In this document: in pieces, positions 9,515-17,557 of the stretch | How positions within the stretch are numbered: position 1 is the stretch's first letter | Layout: each line of letters begins with the position of its first letter | Source of the DNA: Thermoproteus tenax Kra 1 | Lineage (GTDB): Archaea > Thermoproteota > Thermoprotei > Thermoproteales > Thermoproteaceae | DNA length: 32,000 bases | Direction of reading: 5' to 3' | Assembly (NCBI RefSeq): GCF_000253055.1 | Contig: NC_016070.1 | Span: forward strand, 300,001 to 332,000 | The notes under the pieces: model-generated | What the model was told of the DNA's origin: nothing | Databases searched by the model: none | Seen by the model: only the letters and a program-made list of their open reading frames with translations | Translations under genes and position numbers: made by a program

Positions 9515-10558
9515 TTAAGTTTGCACCTGCAGCACCACCTTTATATCGTCGTGGGTCCACACGTAGGCCTCTTGATATCTCTCGAGTGGGACGACCTTGG
9601 TGATCAGCCTCTTGGGGAAGCCGTTGAGGGAGTCGTTGGCCTCCTTTAAATGGGCCAGGGCCCTCTCGAAGTGTCTGAGCCCCGCGTTCACGGAGCCCAC
9701 AACGAGTTTGTTCTTGAGGACTGCGTCGGTCAGAAGAGAGCCGAGGCCCTTCAGCTCGCCGGTGGGAGGATAGACTCCCAGGAGCACCTCGACTCCGCCC
9801 GGGGCGAGCCTCTCCAAGCCCTGGACGGCCAGAGAGGGGGCGCCGGTGGCCTCTATAACTAAGTCGAACTCCCCCTCCAGCCTCTCGTGGACTGCGTCTA
9901 TATATCTCCCTCCCAGCTCCTCCACAAGCCTCGCCTTTAGGCTGTCGTGGGGCCTCGTCGCCACCGCCGTTATAGACACGCCCATCAGCCTGAGCACCAT
10001 AGACGCCAGGAGCCCCACTGGGCCTGCCCCGAGCACCAACGCAGTCTTGGGCGGAGAGCCGAGCCTGGCCTTGTAGGACTCTACGCCCAGCTCGACCCCC
10101 TTCTCTACAACCGACAGCGGCTCGGTCAAGACGGCTATATCCCTCAGCTCCTTCGGCACTTTGACGAGGTACGCAGCATCGGTGATGGACAGCTCTGCGG
10201 CGTGTCCGTGGAGGCCCCATATGCCGTGCTCGAGGTATTTGCCAGGAGGGCAGTAGTCCACGGGGAGTTGGCAGTCGAGGGGCCTTCTCACTGTGGGCAC
10301 CACTAGGTCGCCCTCGGAGACGTTGTCGACGCCTTTGCCCAAGGCGGCGACCTCGGCCAGAGCCTCGTGGCCCAGTATCAGATAGTCGGACCCCTCGGGC
10401 GCTTTGCCGTATCTCCCCTCTATTATCTCTTTGTCGGTCCCGCAGACGCCCACCAGGAGCGGCTTCAACAGGACTTGGCCCGGGCCGGGCTTGGGCTCGG
10501 GGACCTCCCTCAGCCTCAACGACTCCGGGACGCCCGGGGTCACTGTGACAGCCCTCAT
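9515..10558 (-). CDS. Medium-chain dehydrogenase, glucose 1-dehydrogenase-like
   Basis: GVCGTDKEI, GHEALAEV, LTEPLSVVEKG, VLGAGPVGLLA, matching archaeal glucose dehydrogenases. Confidence 0.8.
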   Translation of the reverse strand: MRAVTVTPGVPESLRLREVPEPKPGPGQVLLKPLLVGVCGTDKEIIEGRYGKAPEGSDYLILGHEALAEVAALGKGVDNVSEGDLVVPTVRRPLDCQLPVDYCPPGKYLEHGIWGLHGHAAELSITDAAYLVKVPKELRDIAVLTEPLSVVEKGVELGVESYKARLGSPPKTALVLGAGPVGLLASMVLRLMGVSITAVATRPHDSLKARLVEELGGRYIDAVHERLEGEFDLVIEATGAPSLAVQGLERLAPGGVEVLLGVYPPTGELKGLGSLLTDAVLKNKLVVGSVNAGLRHFERALAHLKEANDSLNGFPKRLITKVVPLERYQEAYVWTHDDIKVVLQVQT

Positions 10559-10578
10559 AAGCCTCTACGGGGCCGGCC

Positions 10579-12111
10579 TTAATGAACCTTTCTGCGCAGG
10601 GCCTCGCGGAAGAGGAGCGCCAGAAGGAGCGCCGCCGAGGCGGCGACGTAGTACTGTGTCACAAACTGATAGATGGGATAGACGTAGTAGCAATAGGCCG
10701 AGGCCGCGAGCGATGCCGAGAGCGCGGCCGCGGCGGCGAGCCTAGTTGTACGGCGTTTGAGGGCGAGGGCAGCTCCAAGGGCGATGGCGCCCAGCGCAAG
10801 GACGGCGGGCAGAGCCTCCAGCCAGGGAGCTGGATAGACCTCGGCGTAGCTGGGGCCTCCGGGGCGCGCGTAGGCGATATAGCCGTAATGCACGGGGTAC
10901 TGGAGGGGCAGAGGATAGCTCCAGTTCCTCGGCGTAATTATCAACGGCGGCCTCGGAGGCGCCGAGAAATTAAAGGCGGCCAGCAGGCCCGGGAGATCGC
11001 TGTTCTTGACCTCGGGGGTCAGATAGGGCAGGCCCCAGTTGTAGTCGATAAAGGCCAAGAGCGTGTAGTCGCTCATTGTGTAGTTGTCCACCCAGCCCTC
11101 TCTGGCGTAGGGCGAGATGATGAGCAGAGGCACCCTCTGGCCCAGGCCGAAGGGGTCCACGGCCGGCGGAACAACGTGGTCGTAGAAGCCGCCCCCCTCG
11201 TCGAAGGTTATAAATATGGCGGTCGAGTTCCAGCACGGGCTCTCCTCGACTGCGTTGATCAGCTCGGCCAGCTTCAGAGCGCCCGCGGTGGCGTTGTGGG
11301 GAGGATGCATGTCGTACTCATCGTCGGAGCCTCCGAAGAACATCACCCAAGACACTGAGGGGACGGAGCAGTCCCTGAGCTGGGAGAGGAAGAGGGAGTA
11401 GTCGTGATAGTCGCTTGAGTACTCGGAGGCCCCGGCGAAGGCCGTGAGGGGATAGGGCACTCCTCCCTCGTAGCCGTAGACGTAGTAGCCCCAGGAGACG
11501 CCGGCTTGAGAGAGCTGGTACATAATGGACTCGTTGAACGGGACAACGCCGTAGGCGCTGTCGGTGTAAAAGCCCGGGGGCCTCCCGATGAGGTCGGCGA
11601 CTCTGTTCGGCTCAGTGAGGCCGAGCACTGGCGCATAGAAGTTGTCGGCCAATACGTACTCCTCGGCGTAGTCCCAGAGGGGCCAGACCTGTTGATAGGA
11701 GAGGTACTCCAGGGACTGGGGGCCGGAGTACCAGACGAAGCCGACGGGCTGCCCGAACCAGTAGTCGCCGTGGTACTGGGCCCACCCCTCCGAGGGGTTC
11801 TCGTTGACCGCAGTGCCGGCGTATTTAGGATGGGCGTAGCCCAGCTGGGGGATCCAGGGGACGAGGGGGACGTCGATCCAGTCTAATTGGTCGCAACGGG
11901 AGAGGAGCTGTGTATAGCTCTTGTAGAGGCCGTCGGGCCACATGACAGAGAGAGTGACGTTGTTGACGATGGGCGGACACCCGAAGGGATATAGGCCGAA
12001 CAAATTGTCGAAGGCTCTGTTCTCCTCCACTATGATCACAACGTGCGAGATGGGCGTAGCCGCCGCCAGCGCGAAGGCGGCGAGGAGGAGCAGGGCGAGG
12101 GGCGCCCTCAC
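10579..12111 (-). CDS. Phosphoesterase family (phospholipase C/acid phosphatase-like), signal peptide plus C-terminal membrane helices
   Basis: HVVIIVEENRAFDNLFGLYPFG at N-terminus, ITFDEGGGFYDHVVPP, hydrophobic C-terminus LEALPAVLALGAIALGAAL...LLLALLF. Confidence 0.85.
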   Translation of the reverse strand: MRAPLALLLLAAFALAAATPISHVVIIVEENRAFDNLFGLYPFGCPPIVNNVTLSVMWPDGLYKSYTQLLSRCDQLDWIDVPLVPWIPQLGYAHPKYAGTAVNENPSEGWAQYHGDYWFGQPVGFVWYSGPQSLEYLSYQQVWPLWDYAEEYVLADNFYAPVLGLTEPNRVADLIGRPPGFYTDSAYGVVPFNESIMYQLSQAGVSWGYYVYGYEGGVPYPLTAFAGASEYSSDYHDYSLFLSQLRDCSVPSVSWVMFFGGSDDEYDMHPPHNATAGALKLAELINAVEESPCWNSTAIFITFDEGGGFYDHVVPPAVDPFGLGQRVPLLIISPYAREGWVDNYTMSDYTLLAFIDYNWGLPYLTPEVKNSDLPGLLAAFNFSAPPRPPLIITPRNWSYPLPLQYPVHYGYIAYARPGGPSYAEVYPAPWLEALPAVLALGAIALGAALALKRRTTRLAAAAALSASLAASAYCYYVYPIYQFVTQYYVAASAALLLALLFREALRRKVH

Positions 12112-12129
12112 TTAGGAGCGGCGGAAAAG

Positions 12130-12139
12130 ATATTTAAAT
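12130..12139. promoter_or_regulatory. Putative TATA box for phosphoesterase gene
   Basis: Symmetrical atatttaaat(at) about 25 nt upstream of the minus-strand start at 12111. Confidence 0.5.
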
Positions 12140-12300
12140 ATGCGCGATTTTGAGATCGGCCGGGACTGGCCGGCGGAGGCCGGCGTTGGCCGGGCGATGA
12201 GTCCGGCAGGGCGCCTCCCCACTGTGAGGACTCTCACTCTCCGAGGGCTGAGGAGGATTCCACGTGCCGAAAGGTTTTATACTGGGGACCGTGGCGCTAT

Positions 12301-13029
12301 ATGCGTTGGTGGGAGCTCACTTGGCCCGAGTTCGAGAGGGCGGACAAAACTGTGGCCCTCCTCCCCACGGGGATAGTTGAGGCCCACGGGCCCCATCTGC
12401 CGCTGGGCACCGACGCCCTCATGGCCGTATATCTGGCCGAGGAGGCGGCGAAGAGGACGGGCGCCCTCCTGTTGCCCCCGGTGTGGTACGGCAACACCTA
12501 CGTGTTGGACAGATTCCCCGGGACTATCTCGATAAGCAGCGAGACGCTCTACCGCCTGTATAGAGATATATTCCGAGAGGTCGCCAGAAACGGCGTCAAA
12601 AGGCTCGTCGTAGTCAACGGACACGGCGGAAACGTAGACGCCTTAAATATGGCGGCCAAGGAGGTTGCCAGGGAGACGGATCTGACCATAGTGGTAGTGA
12701 ACTGGTGGATAGATTTAGCCAAAGAGGCCAGGAGGAGGGTCCTGGAGACTCCGGAGGGCCACGCGGCGGAGGACGAGACCAGCGAGGTCATGGCCGCCTA
12801 TCCGCACTTGGTCAAAGAGGTGCCCCGCGACGCAGACGAGTGGGTGGAGGCTAAATACAGAGTCTACGGGAGGGAGGTCTACGAGATATCGTACAGAAAG
12901 GCCGTGCAAGGCTATCCCTCCAGAGCCAGTGCGGAGAAGGGCAGAGCCATTCTCGAGGCCGCAGTGGAGGAGCTGGTGGCCCTTGTGGAGGACTTGAAAA
13001 AGGGAGTTTTGCCCGTCAGGAGGAAGTAG
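12301..13029 (+). CDS. Creatininase family protein
   Basis: GIVEAHGPHLPLGTDALMA, VVVNGHGGNVDALNMAA, GHAAEDETSEVMA; TATA-like ggttttatac about 26 nt upstream. Confidence 0.88.
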   Translation: MRWWELTWPEFERADKTVALLPTGIVEAHGPHLPLGTDALMAVYLAEEAAKRTGALLLPPVWYGNTYVLDRFPGTISISSETLYRLYRDIFREVARNGVKRLVVVNGHGGNVDALNMAAKEVARETDLTIVVVNWWIDLAKEARRRVLETPEGHAAEDETSEVMAAYPHLVKEVPRDADEWVEAKYRVYGREVYEISYRKAVQGYPSRASAEKGRAILEAAVEELVALVEDLKKGVLPVRRK

Positions 13030-13804
13030 AGAGCGACGACGCCCTATTTATCACCCAGGTCGCGTTCTCCGATAGGAAGACCCCGGGCTGATACTGGAGC
13101 GCCTCTACGACGACTTTGACTGTGGGCGGAGGCATGAGGAGCAGCTTAATGGTCGGCGTCACCGCAACGTCCTCGTAGAGGGGCGCCCCCGAGGAGCTGA
13201 GGCACACTGTGCCGTTCACTTGGGCCACATAGGGAATGCGGAGCTCTCTGGCGGAGGGCAACGGCAGGACCAGAATATACGAGAGCTCGTCCGACGTTAT
13301 ATTCCCCTTGACGGCGTAGCAGTACGCCGTGTAGCCCGAGACAGTCCGCTGGCCCTCATAGCTGGTTATGTTGTCCATAAGGGAGAGCGCCCTGGCCTTC
13401 GCGCTCTGGAGCTCTGCGACGGAGCTCGGGCCGAGCTGTCGACACCCGCCGAGCCAGACCCCCAGCGGAGCCGAAGTGAGATAGCAGAGCTCTAGGCCTC
13501 CGTCGGAGGGCATTGTGGCGAGGTAGAATACAGCTCTGCCCGACGGGCCCGCACTTGTCGACATCGCCAGAAAGAGGCGGAGGGACCCAGACTGGCTGTA
13601 GACCGCGCTGGCGGCGAGCGACTGGGAGACGGCGCCCTCGGTCATCTCTATGTCCAATTTATACTTCGCAGTGAAGGTGGAGTTCATGCCCTGGGACGCC
13701 AGCTGCGAGAACTTGGGCGGCGCGGCCGGCGCAGTCCTCATGAGGATGGCCGCCACGGCGGCTGCAGCCAGTATGACGGCCGCCGCGACGAGCGCCTTGT
13801 TCAT
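13016..13804 (-). CDS. Secreted or membrane-anchored protein of unknown function
   Basis: MNKALVAAAVILAAAAVAAILM signal/anchor and soluble domain; ATG at 13804 within the longer ORF 13016-14224; convergent 14-nt overlap with the creatininase gene. Confidence 0.65.
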   Translation of the reverse strand: MNKALVAAAVILAAAAVAAILMRTAPAAPPKFSQLASQGMNSTFTAKYKLDIEMTEGAVSQSLAASAVYSQSGSLRLFLAMSTSAGPSGRAVFYLATMPSDGGLELCYLTSAPLGVWLGGCRQLGPSSVAELQSAKARALSLMDNITSYEGQRTVSGYTAYCYAVKGNITSDELSYILVLPLPSARELRIPYVAQVNGTVCLSSSGAPLYEDVAVTPTIKLLLMPPPTVKVVVEALQYQPGVFLSENATWVINRASSLSTSS

Positions 13805-13906
13805 ATAGGGGCGGGGGCAGAGATATTTATCTTTAAGGCGGCGGGGACTCCGGAGAATGTCATATTTTTGACAAAAAGTAAATAAACTAATATTATCATT
13901 GAGGTC

Positions 13907-15355
13907 ATGCTGGGGAAGTACGGCGTATTTCCGCCCACGGACCCAGAGTTCGAGGATCCGCCCAAACTGGATAAATACGACGTCATCGTCGTAGGCGGAG
14001 GAGGCGGCGGATACCACGGCGCCTTCCAGCTGAGCGCGGGCGGCTACAGAGTCCTCATGGTGGACGACAAAGGGAACCTCGGAGGAAACTGCCTCTACGA
14101 GGGCTGTATACCCTCGAAGTCGGTCTTCTACATGGTTTATCTCGCCGAAAGGCTGAGGAGGCTGGCCAAGAGATCGGCCGGAGCCGCTGAGGTGAAGGCC
14201 ATCTGGGAGGAGGCCGTGGATCACAAGGACGAGGTACAGTATCTGAGATATCTACAACACATCAGAGAGATAAAGGAGCACGGGAACGTGGACTTCGTCA
14301 AAGGGGTCGCAAGGGTGTTGGACGGGCGCAGAGTCGAGGTGACGGCCGTGGACGGATCCTGGAGGAAGACTGTCGAGGGGAGCAGACTGCTCTTGGCCAC
14401 AGGCTCGGTGGCCGTCAGATTGCCCATACCTGGGGCGGAGCTGGCGATCGGGAGCGAGGAGCTCTTCGGCTATAGGACGAAGAGGAGGACTCTTCCGAGG
14501 GAGGTGGTGGTCATCGGCGGAGGGTACATAGGCGTTGAGGTAGCCTCGGCTATGGCCAGCGCGGGCGCCAAAGTCACCGTCGTGGAGATGCTGCCCAGAA
14601 TAATGAGCGGGTGGGACTCGAGCATCGTCTCAATGATAGAGGGGGCTCTGAAGGGGAGGGGCGTCGAGATATTGACCAACTCGAGGGTGACCGCAATAAG
14701 AGAGGAGTCGGGCCAGAAGGTCGTGGAGTTCCAGAGGCCGGACGGAAGCAAGGGCACAGTCGCCGGCGAGGAGGTGGTCATGGCAGTGGGGAGGAAGCCC
14801 TACGTGGAGGGGCTGGAGGCCCTCGGGATAGTGGAGAAGGGGCGCGTCGTCGCGGACTCCTCCATGAGCACGAAGGCGCCGGGCGTCTACGCGGCCGGCG
14901 ACGTATTGGGCAAATATATGCTCTACCACGCGGCCGTCAAAGAGTCCACTGTAGCTGCGTGGAACATAATGATGGGGAGGCCCGTCTACGAGGTCAACTT
15001 CAACGCAATACCTCTGACTCTGTTCACAGAGCCTGAGGCCGCCATGGTGGGCATCAGCGAGGACGAGGCCAGGGCCAGAGGGATCCCCTATGTGGCCGTC
15101 CAGTACCCTCTGGAGGACGACTCGTACGCGCAGATAGTCGGAGTGAGGGAGGGGTGGGTGAAGCTGATAGTGGAGAGGGAGAGCCAGAGGATAATCGGAG
15201 GCTCGGTCTACGGCGAGGCCGCCTCGATGATAATAAACGAGATAGCCCTTGCGGTGGCAGTCAACGCGAGGGTCAGAGACCTGGCGCTGTTGGCCCACGC
15301 CCACCCGACCATATTTGAGTCCATCGACAGAGCCGCTGTGAGGTTCTCCCTCTGA
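13907..15355 (+). CDS. Dihydrolipoamide dehydrogenase-like pyridine nucleotide-disulfide oxidoreductase
   Basis: NCLYEGCIPSK redox motif, VVIGGGYIGVEVA, GVYAAGDV, C-terminal HAHPT. Confidence 0.92.
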   Translation: MLGKYGVFPPTDPEFEDPPKLDKYDVIVVGGGGGGYHGAFQLSAGGYRVLMVDDKGNLGGNCLYEGCIPSKSVFYMVYLAERLRRLAKRSAGAAEVKAIWEEAVDHKDEVQYLRYLQHIREIKEHGNVDFVKGVARVLDGRRVEVTAVDGSWRKTVEGSRLLLATGSVAVRLPIPGAELAIGSEELFGYRTKRRTLPREVVVIGGGYIGVEVASAMASAGAKVTVVEMLPRIMSGWDSSIVSMIEGALKGRGVEILTNSRVTAIREESGQKVVEFQRPDGSKGTVAGEEVVMAVGRKPYVEGLEALGIVEKGRVVADSSMSTKAPGVYAAGDVLGKYMLYHAAVKESTVAAWNIMMGRPVYEVNFNAIPLTLFTEPEAAMVGISEDEARARGIPYVAVQYPLEDDSYAQIVGVREGWVKLIVERESQRIIGGSVYGEAASMIINEIALAVAVNARVRDLALLAHAHPTIFESIDRAAVRFSL

Positions 15356-15404
15356 GGCGCCGGGCGGGGACCTCGGCTCAGATAATTGTTCAACAACGGG
15401 CTTC

Positions 15405-16332
15405 GGCGTTCCCCCCCCCCTTCGGCTTCGCAGGGGTGTTTTCCGCGATTCCTCTGGCCATGTTCGCCTTCGGAGTAGAGTCATCCCAGACTTTGCGGAG
15501 GAGTCCAAGACCAAGAGGCTGGACACAGCAATAATGTTGACCATCCTGGGCCAGTCCCTGATCTATTCTCTGTCGCCTTCGTCGCAGCTCTGAACTGGGG
15601 CTGACGCCGGGAGACTGGGGCTCGCTGTCCTCGCTCCCCGGAAACCCCTTCATCGACATAGCCTCCGGCCTTCACGCAGCGCCTCTGCTGACGGTACTGG
15701 TGGGCGTCATCGGGCCGTTTGTCACCGGATATATCTACCTGGGCGCAGGGACCAGAGTTCTGTTCGCCATGGGCAGATCGGGCTATGTGCCTTCGTCCAT
15801 GAAGGCGTTGCACGAGAAGTACTCAATACCCTACTGGAGCCTGGTGGTTTTCGCAATAATGGGATCGATTGTGACCTACATCTCTTCGCCTCTGCCGACG
15901 ATCTACGGGCTGATCACCGACAGCGTCGTAGCCGGCTATATTGCCTTTTCAGTGAACCCCGTCGTCATGGGCGTCCTGTGGAGGGGCGGGACTATAAAGA
16001 ATAGGTGGACTCCCGTGATAGCTCCCCTGGCCTTCATCGCTTCGTCTCTAATAGTGTTCTGGTCCGGCTGGCCTCTGGTCCCCTACGCCGTGCTTCTGCT
16101 TGCGGCTGGGAGCATAATCTTTGGTGTAATTTATAAAGTGAAAGAGGATTTTGTAAAATCTTTGTGGTATATAGGGTATATCGCCTTTCTGACCCTCATG
16201 ACCTACATAGGCAGCGTTGGCGCTTTGAATTTAATCAACTTCTATGCGGCGTCCGCAATAGTTGCAGCGGCGTCCCTCGTCTTCTACTTTTTAGGAGTGC
16301 GGAGCGGCGCTACCGCTAAAGGCAGCAGATAG
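15405..16332 (+). pseudogene. APC-family amino acid permease, N-terminally truncated with multiple frameshifts
   Basis: FGFAGVFSAIPLAMFAFG, then VIPDFAEESKTKRLDTAIMLTILGQSLIYS, then VAFVAALNWG, then GDWGSLSSLPGNPFIDIA...YLGAGTRVLFAMGRSGYVPSSM... fall in different frames; no intact N-terminal half before the upstream gene. Confidence 0.78.
15411..15420 (+). repeat. C10 homopolymer tract inside the permease remnant
   Basis: Ten consecutive C residues. Confidence 0.95.
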
Positions 16333-16524
16333 GTCGGTCCTCTTTTTTGGTTCAACGATCCGTTAGCTCTGCGGCTGACCTGCGCCGCGGCTCTCGCCGG
16401 AGTTGCGCCCAACTTGGGTCTGCAGACCCGCCCGGCAGTCTGCGTCAGCTGACGTCGGCGCTAGCCGTCGTCCAGTATCTTTCGGCGCTCGGCCAGTACG
16501 CCGCAAGCGCCGACGCGGCGTATT

Positions 16525-16815
16525 CTATGGCCGCGGCGGCCTCCCAGGCGCGTATCTTCCAGCGCGGCTCGCCACGTAGTAGGCCTTCTTGAGGGCGTCG
16601 ACGAGGGCGACGACGAGCTGCCTAACGGGCAGGGGCCTCGGCAGAAGCCTCCTAACCCTCACCGCAACCCCCAGGAGGTCGTCCACAGAGCCGAGGTAGA
16701 CGGTGTCGCGGGGGCGCCAGCCCAGCTTGAGGTACAGCCGACGGCCCAAAAGCCAGAGGTATCCCGCCAAGGGGCCTACCCTAACGCGGCCGAAGTAGAG
16801 GTACACATCGATCAC
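16525..16815 (-). CDS. Hypothetical protein; likely frameshifted near its 3' end, true end possibly 16445
   Basis: GTG start at 16815 preceded by TATA-like acatatatgt at about -26. A second frame continues plausibly as EPRWKIRAWEAAAAIEYAASALAAYWPSAERYW to a stop at 16445. Confidence 0.5.
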   Translation of the reverse strand: MIDVYLYFGRVRVGPLAGYLWLLGRRLYLKLGWRPRDTVYLGSVDDLLGVAVRVRRLLPRPLPVRQLVVALVDALKKAYYVASRAGRYAPGRPPRP

Positions 16816-16892
16816 AACAAAGGGCGAATCGCGCCGCTACATATATGTCAGTAAAGGACATAATCGACATTTAAAGAACGCGTTGGAAAGGC

Positions 16893-16957
16893 AAGGCGAA
16901 GAACGGCGCTGGGTCGCGCCTTCTCTAGGGCGCAGTCGTAAAGGCGAAGAACGGCGC
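16893..16957 (+). repeat. Pair of 17-nt direct repeats aaggcgaagaacggcgc (16893-16909, 16941-16957)
   Basis: Exact match, 48 nt period, in the unassigned region upstream of the CRISPR array. Confidence 0.85.
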
Positions 16958-17035
16958 ATGCCGTAGCCCGGTCAGAGGAATATATGAATGTAAATGGGCG
17001 TTTGAAGGCGACCGCCGGGCGGGCGGAGGATCTGG

Positions 17036-17050
17036 GCAAAATTTAAATAG
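17036..17050 (+). promoter_or_regulatory. Putative TATA box of the CRISPR array promoter
   Basis: gcaaaatttaaatag about 25-35 nt before the first repeat. Confidence 0.5.
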
Positions 17051-17074
17051 CCGGGGCCGCAATCGACGTGGGCG

Positions 17075-17508
17075 GTGGAAATCAAAAGATAGTAGAAACT
17101 GTACTTTAGGAATAATATACTCGTCAAGTATCTTGTAATACAGTGGAAATCAAAAGATAGTAGAAACTTGCCCTTCAGAAGGTCGCCCTCCTTTACGTTG
17201 CAACCCCAAGTGGAAATCAAAAGATAGTAGAAACATTAGACGTTGTAGCACTAACGCCTCTTTCACAACATTTATAGTGGAAATCAAAAGATAGTAGAAA
17301 CGCCGGGCATGTGAGCCCCCGTTCGATGTGCTCATAAGTCTGCGTGGAAATCAAAAGATAGTAGAAACGATCAAAAAAGGAGGTGGACGTTCAACGTCCT
17401 CTGCACGTACCTAGGTGGAAATCAAAAGATATGTAGAAACATACACATCGGCACCCCATGCTATGTATTTTTCTCGCGTGGTAGTGGAAATCAAAATATA
17501 GTAGAAAC
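17075..17508 (+). CRISPR. CRISPR array, 7 repeats and 6 spacers, consensus GTGGAAATCAAAAGATAGTAGAAAC
   Basis: Repeats at 17075-17099, 17143-17167, 17210-17234, 17277-17301, 17344-17368, 17415-17440 (1-nt insertion), 17484-17508 (one substitution); spacers 42-46 nt. Degenerate repeats at the right end place the leader at the left. Confidence 0.98.
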
Positions 17509-17557
17509 AGATTTCCGCATCAACACAAAATAGAAACAGAAACCCCTATATTGCCGG

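Noticed and set aside
13805-14224. N-terminal extension of ORF 13016-14224
   Set aside because: Antisense to the disulfide oxidoreductase start and lacks signal-peptide logic; MNKALVAAAVILAAAAV at 13804 is a proper start.
16893-16957. 17-nt direct repeats as extra CRISPR repeats
   Set aside because: Sequence is unrelated to the array repeat and only two copies are present.
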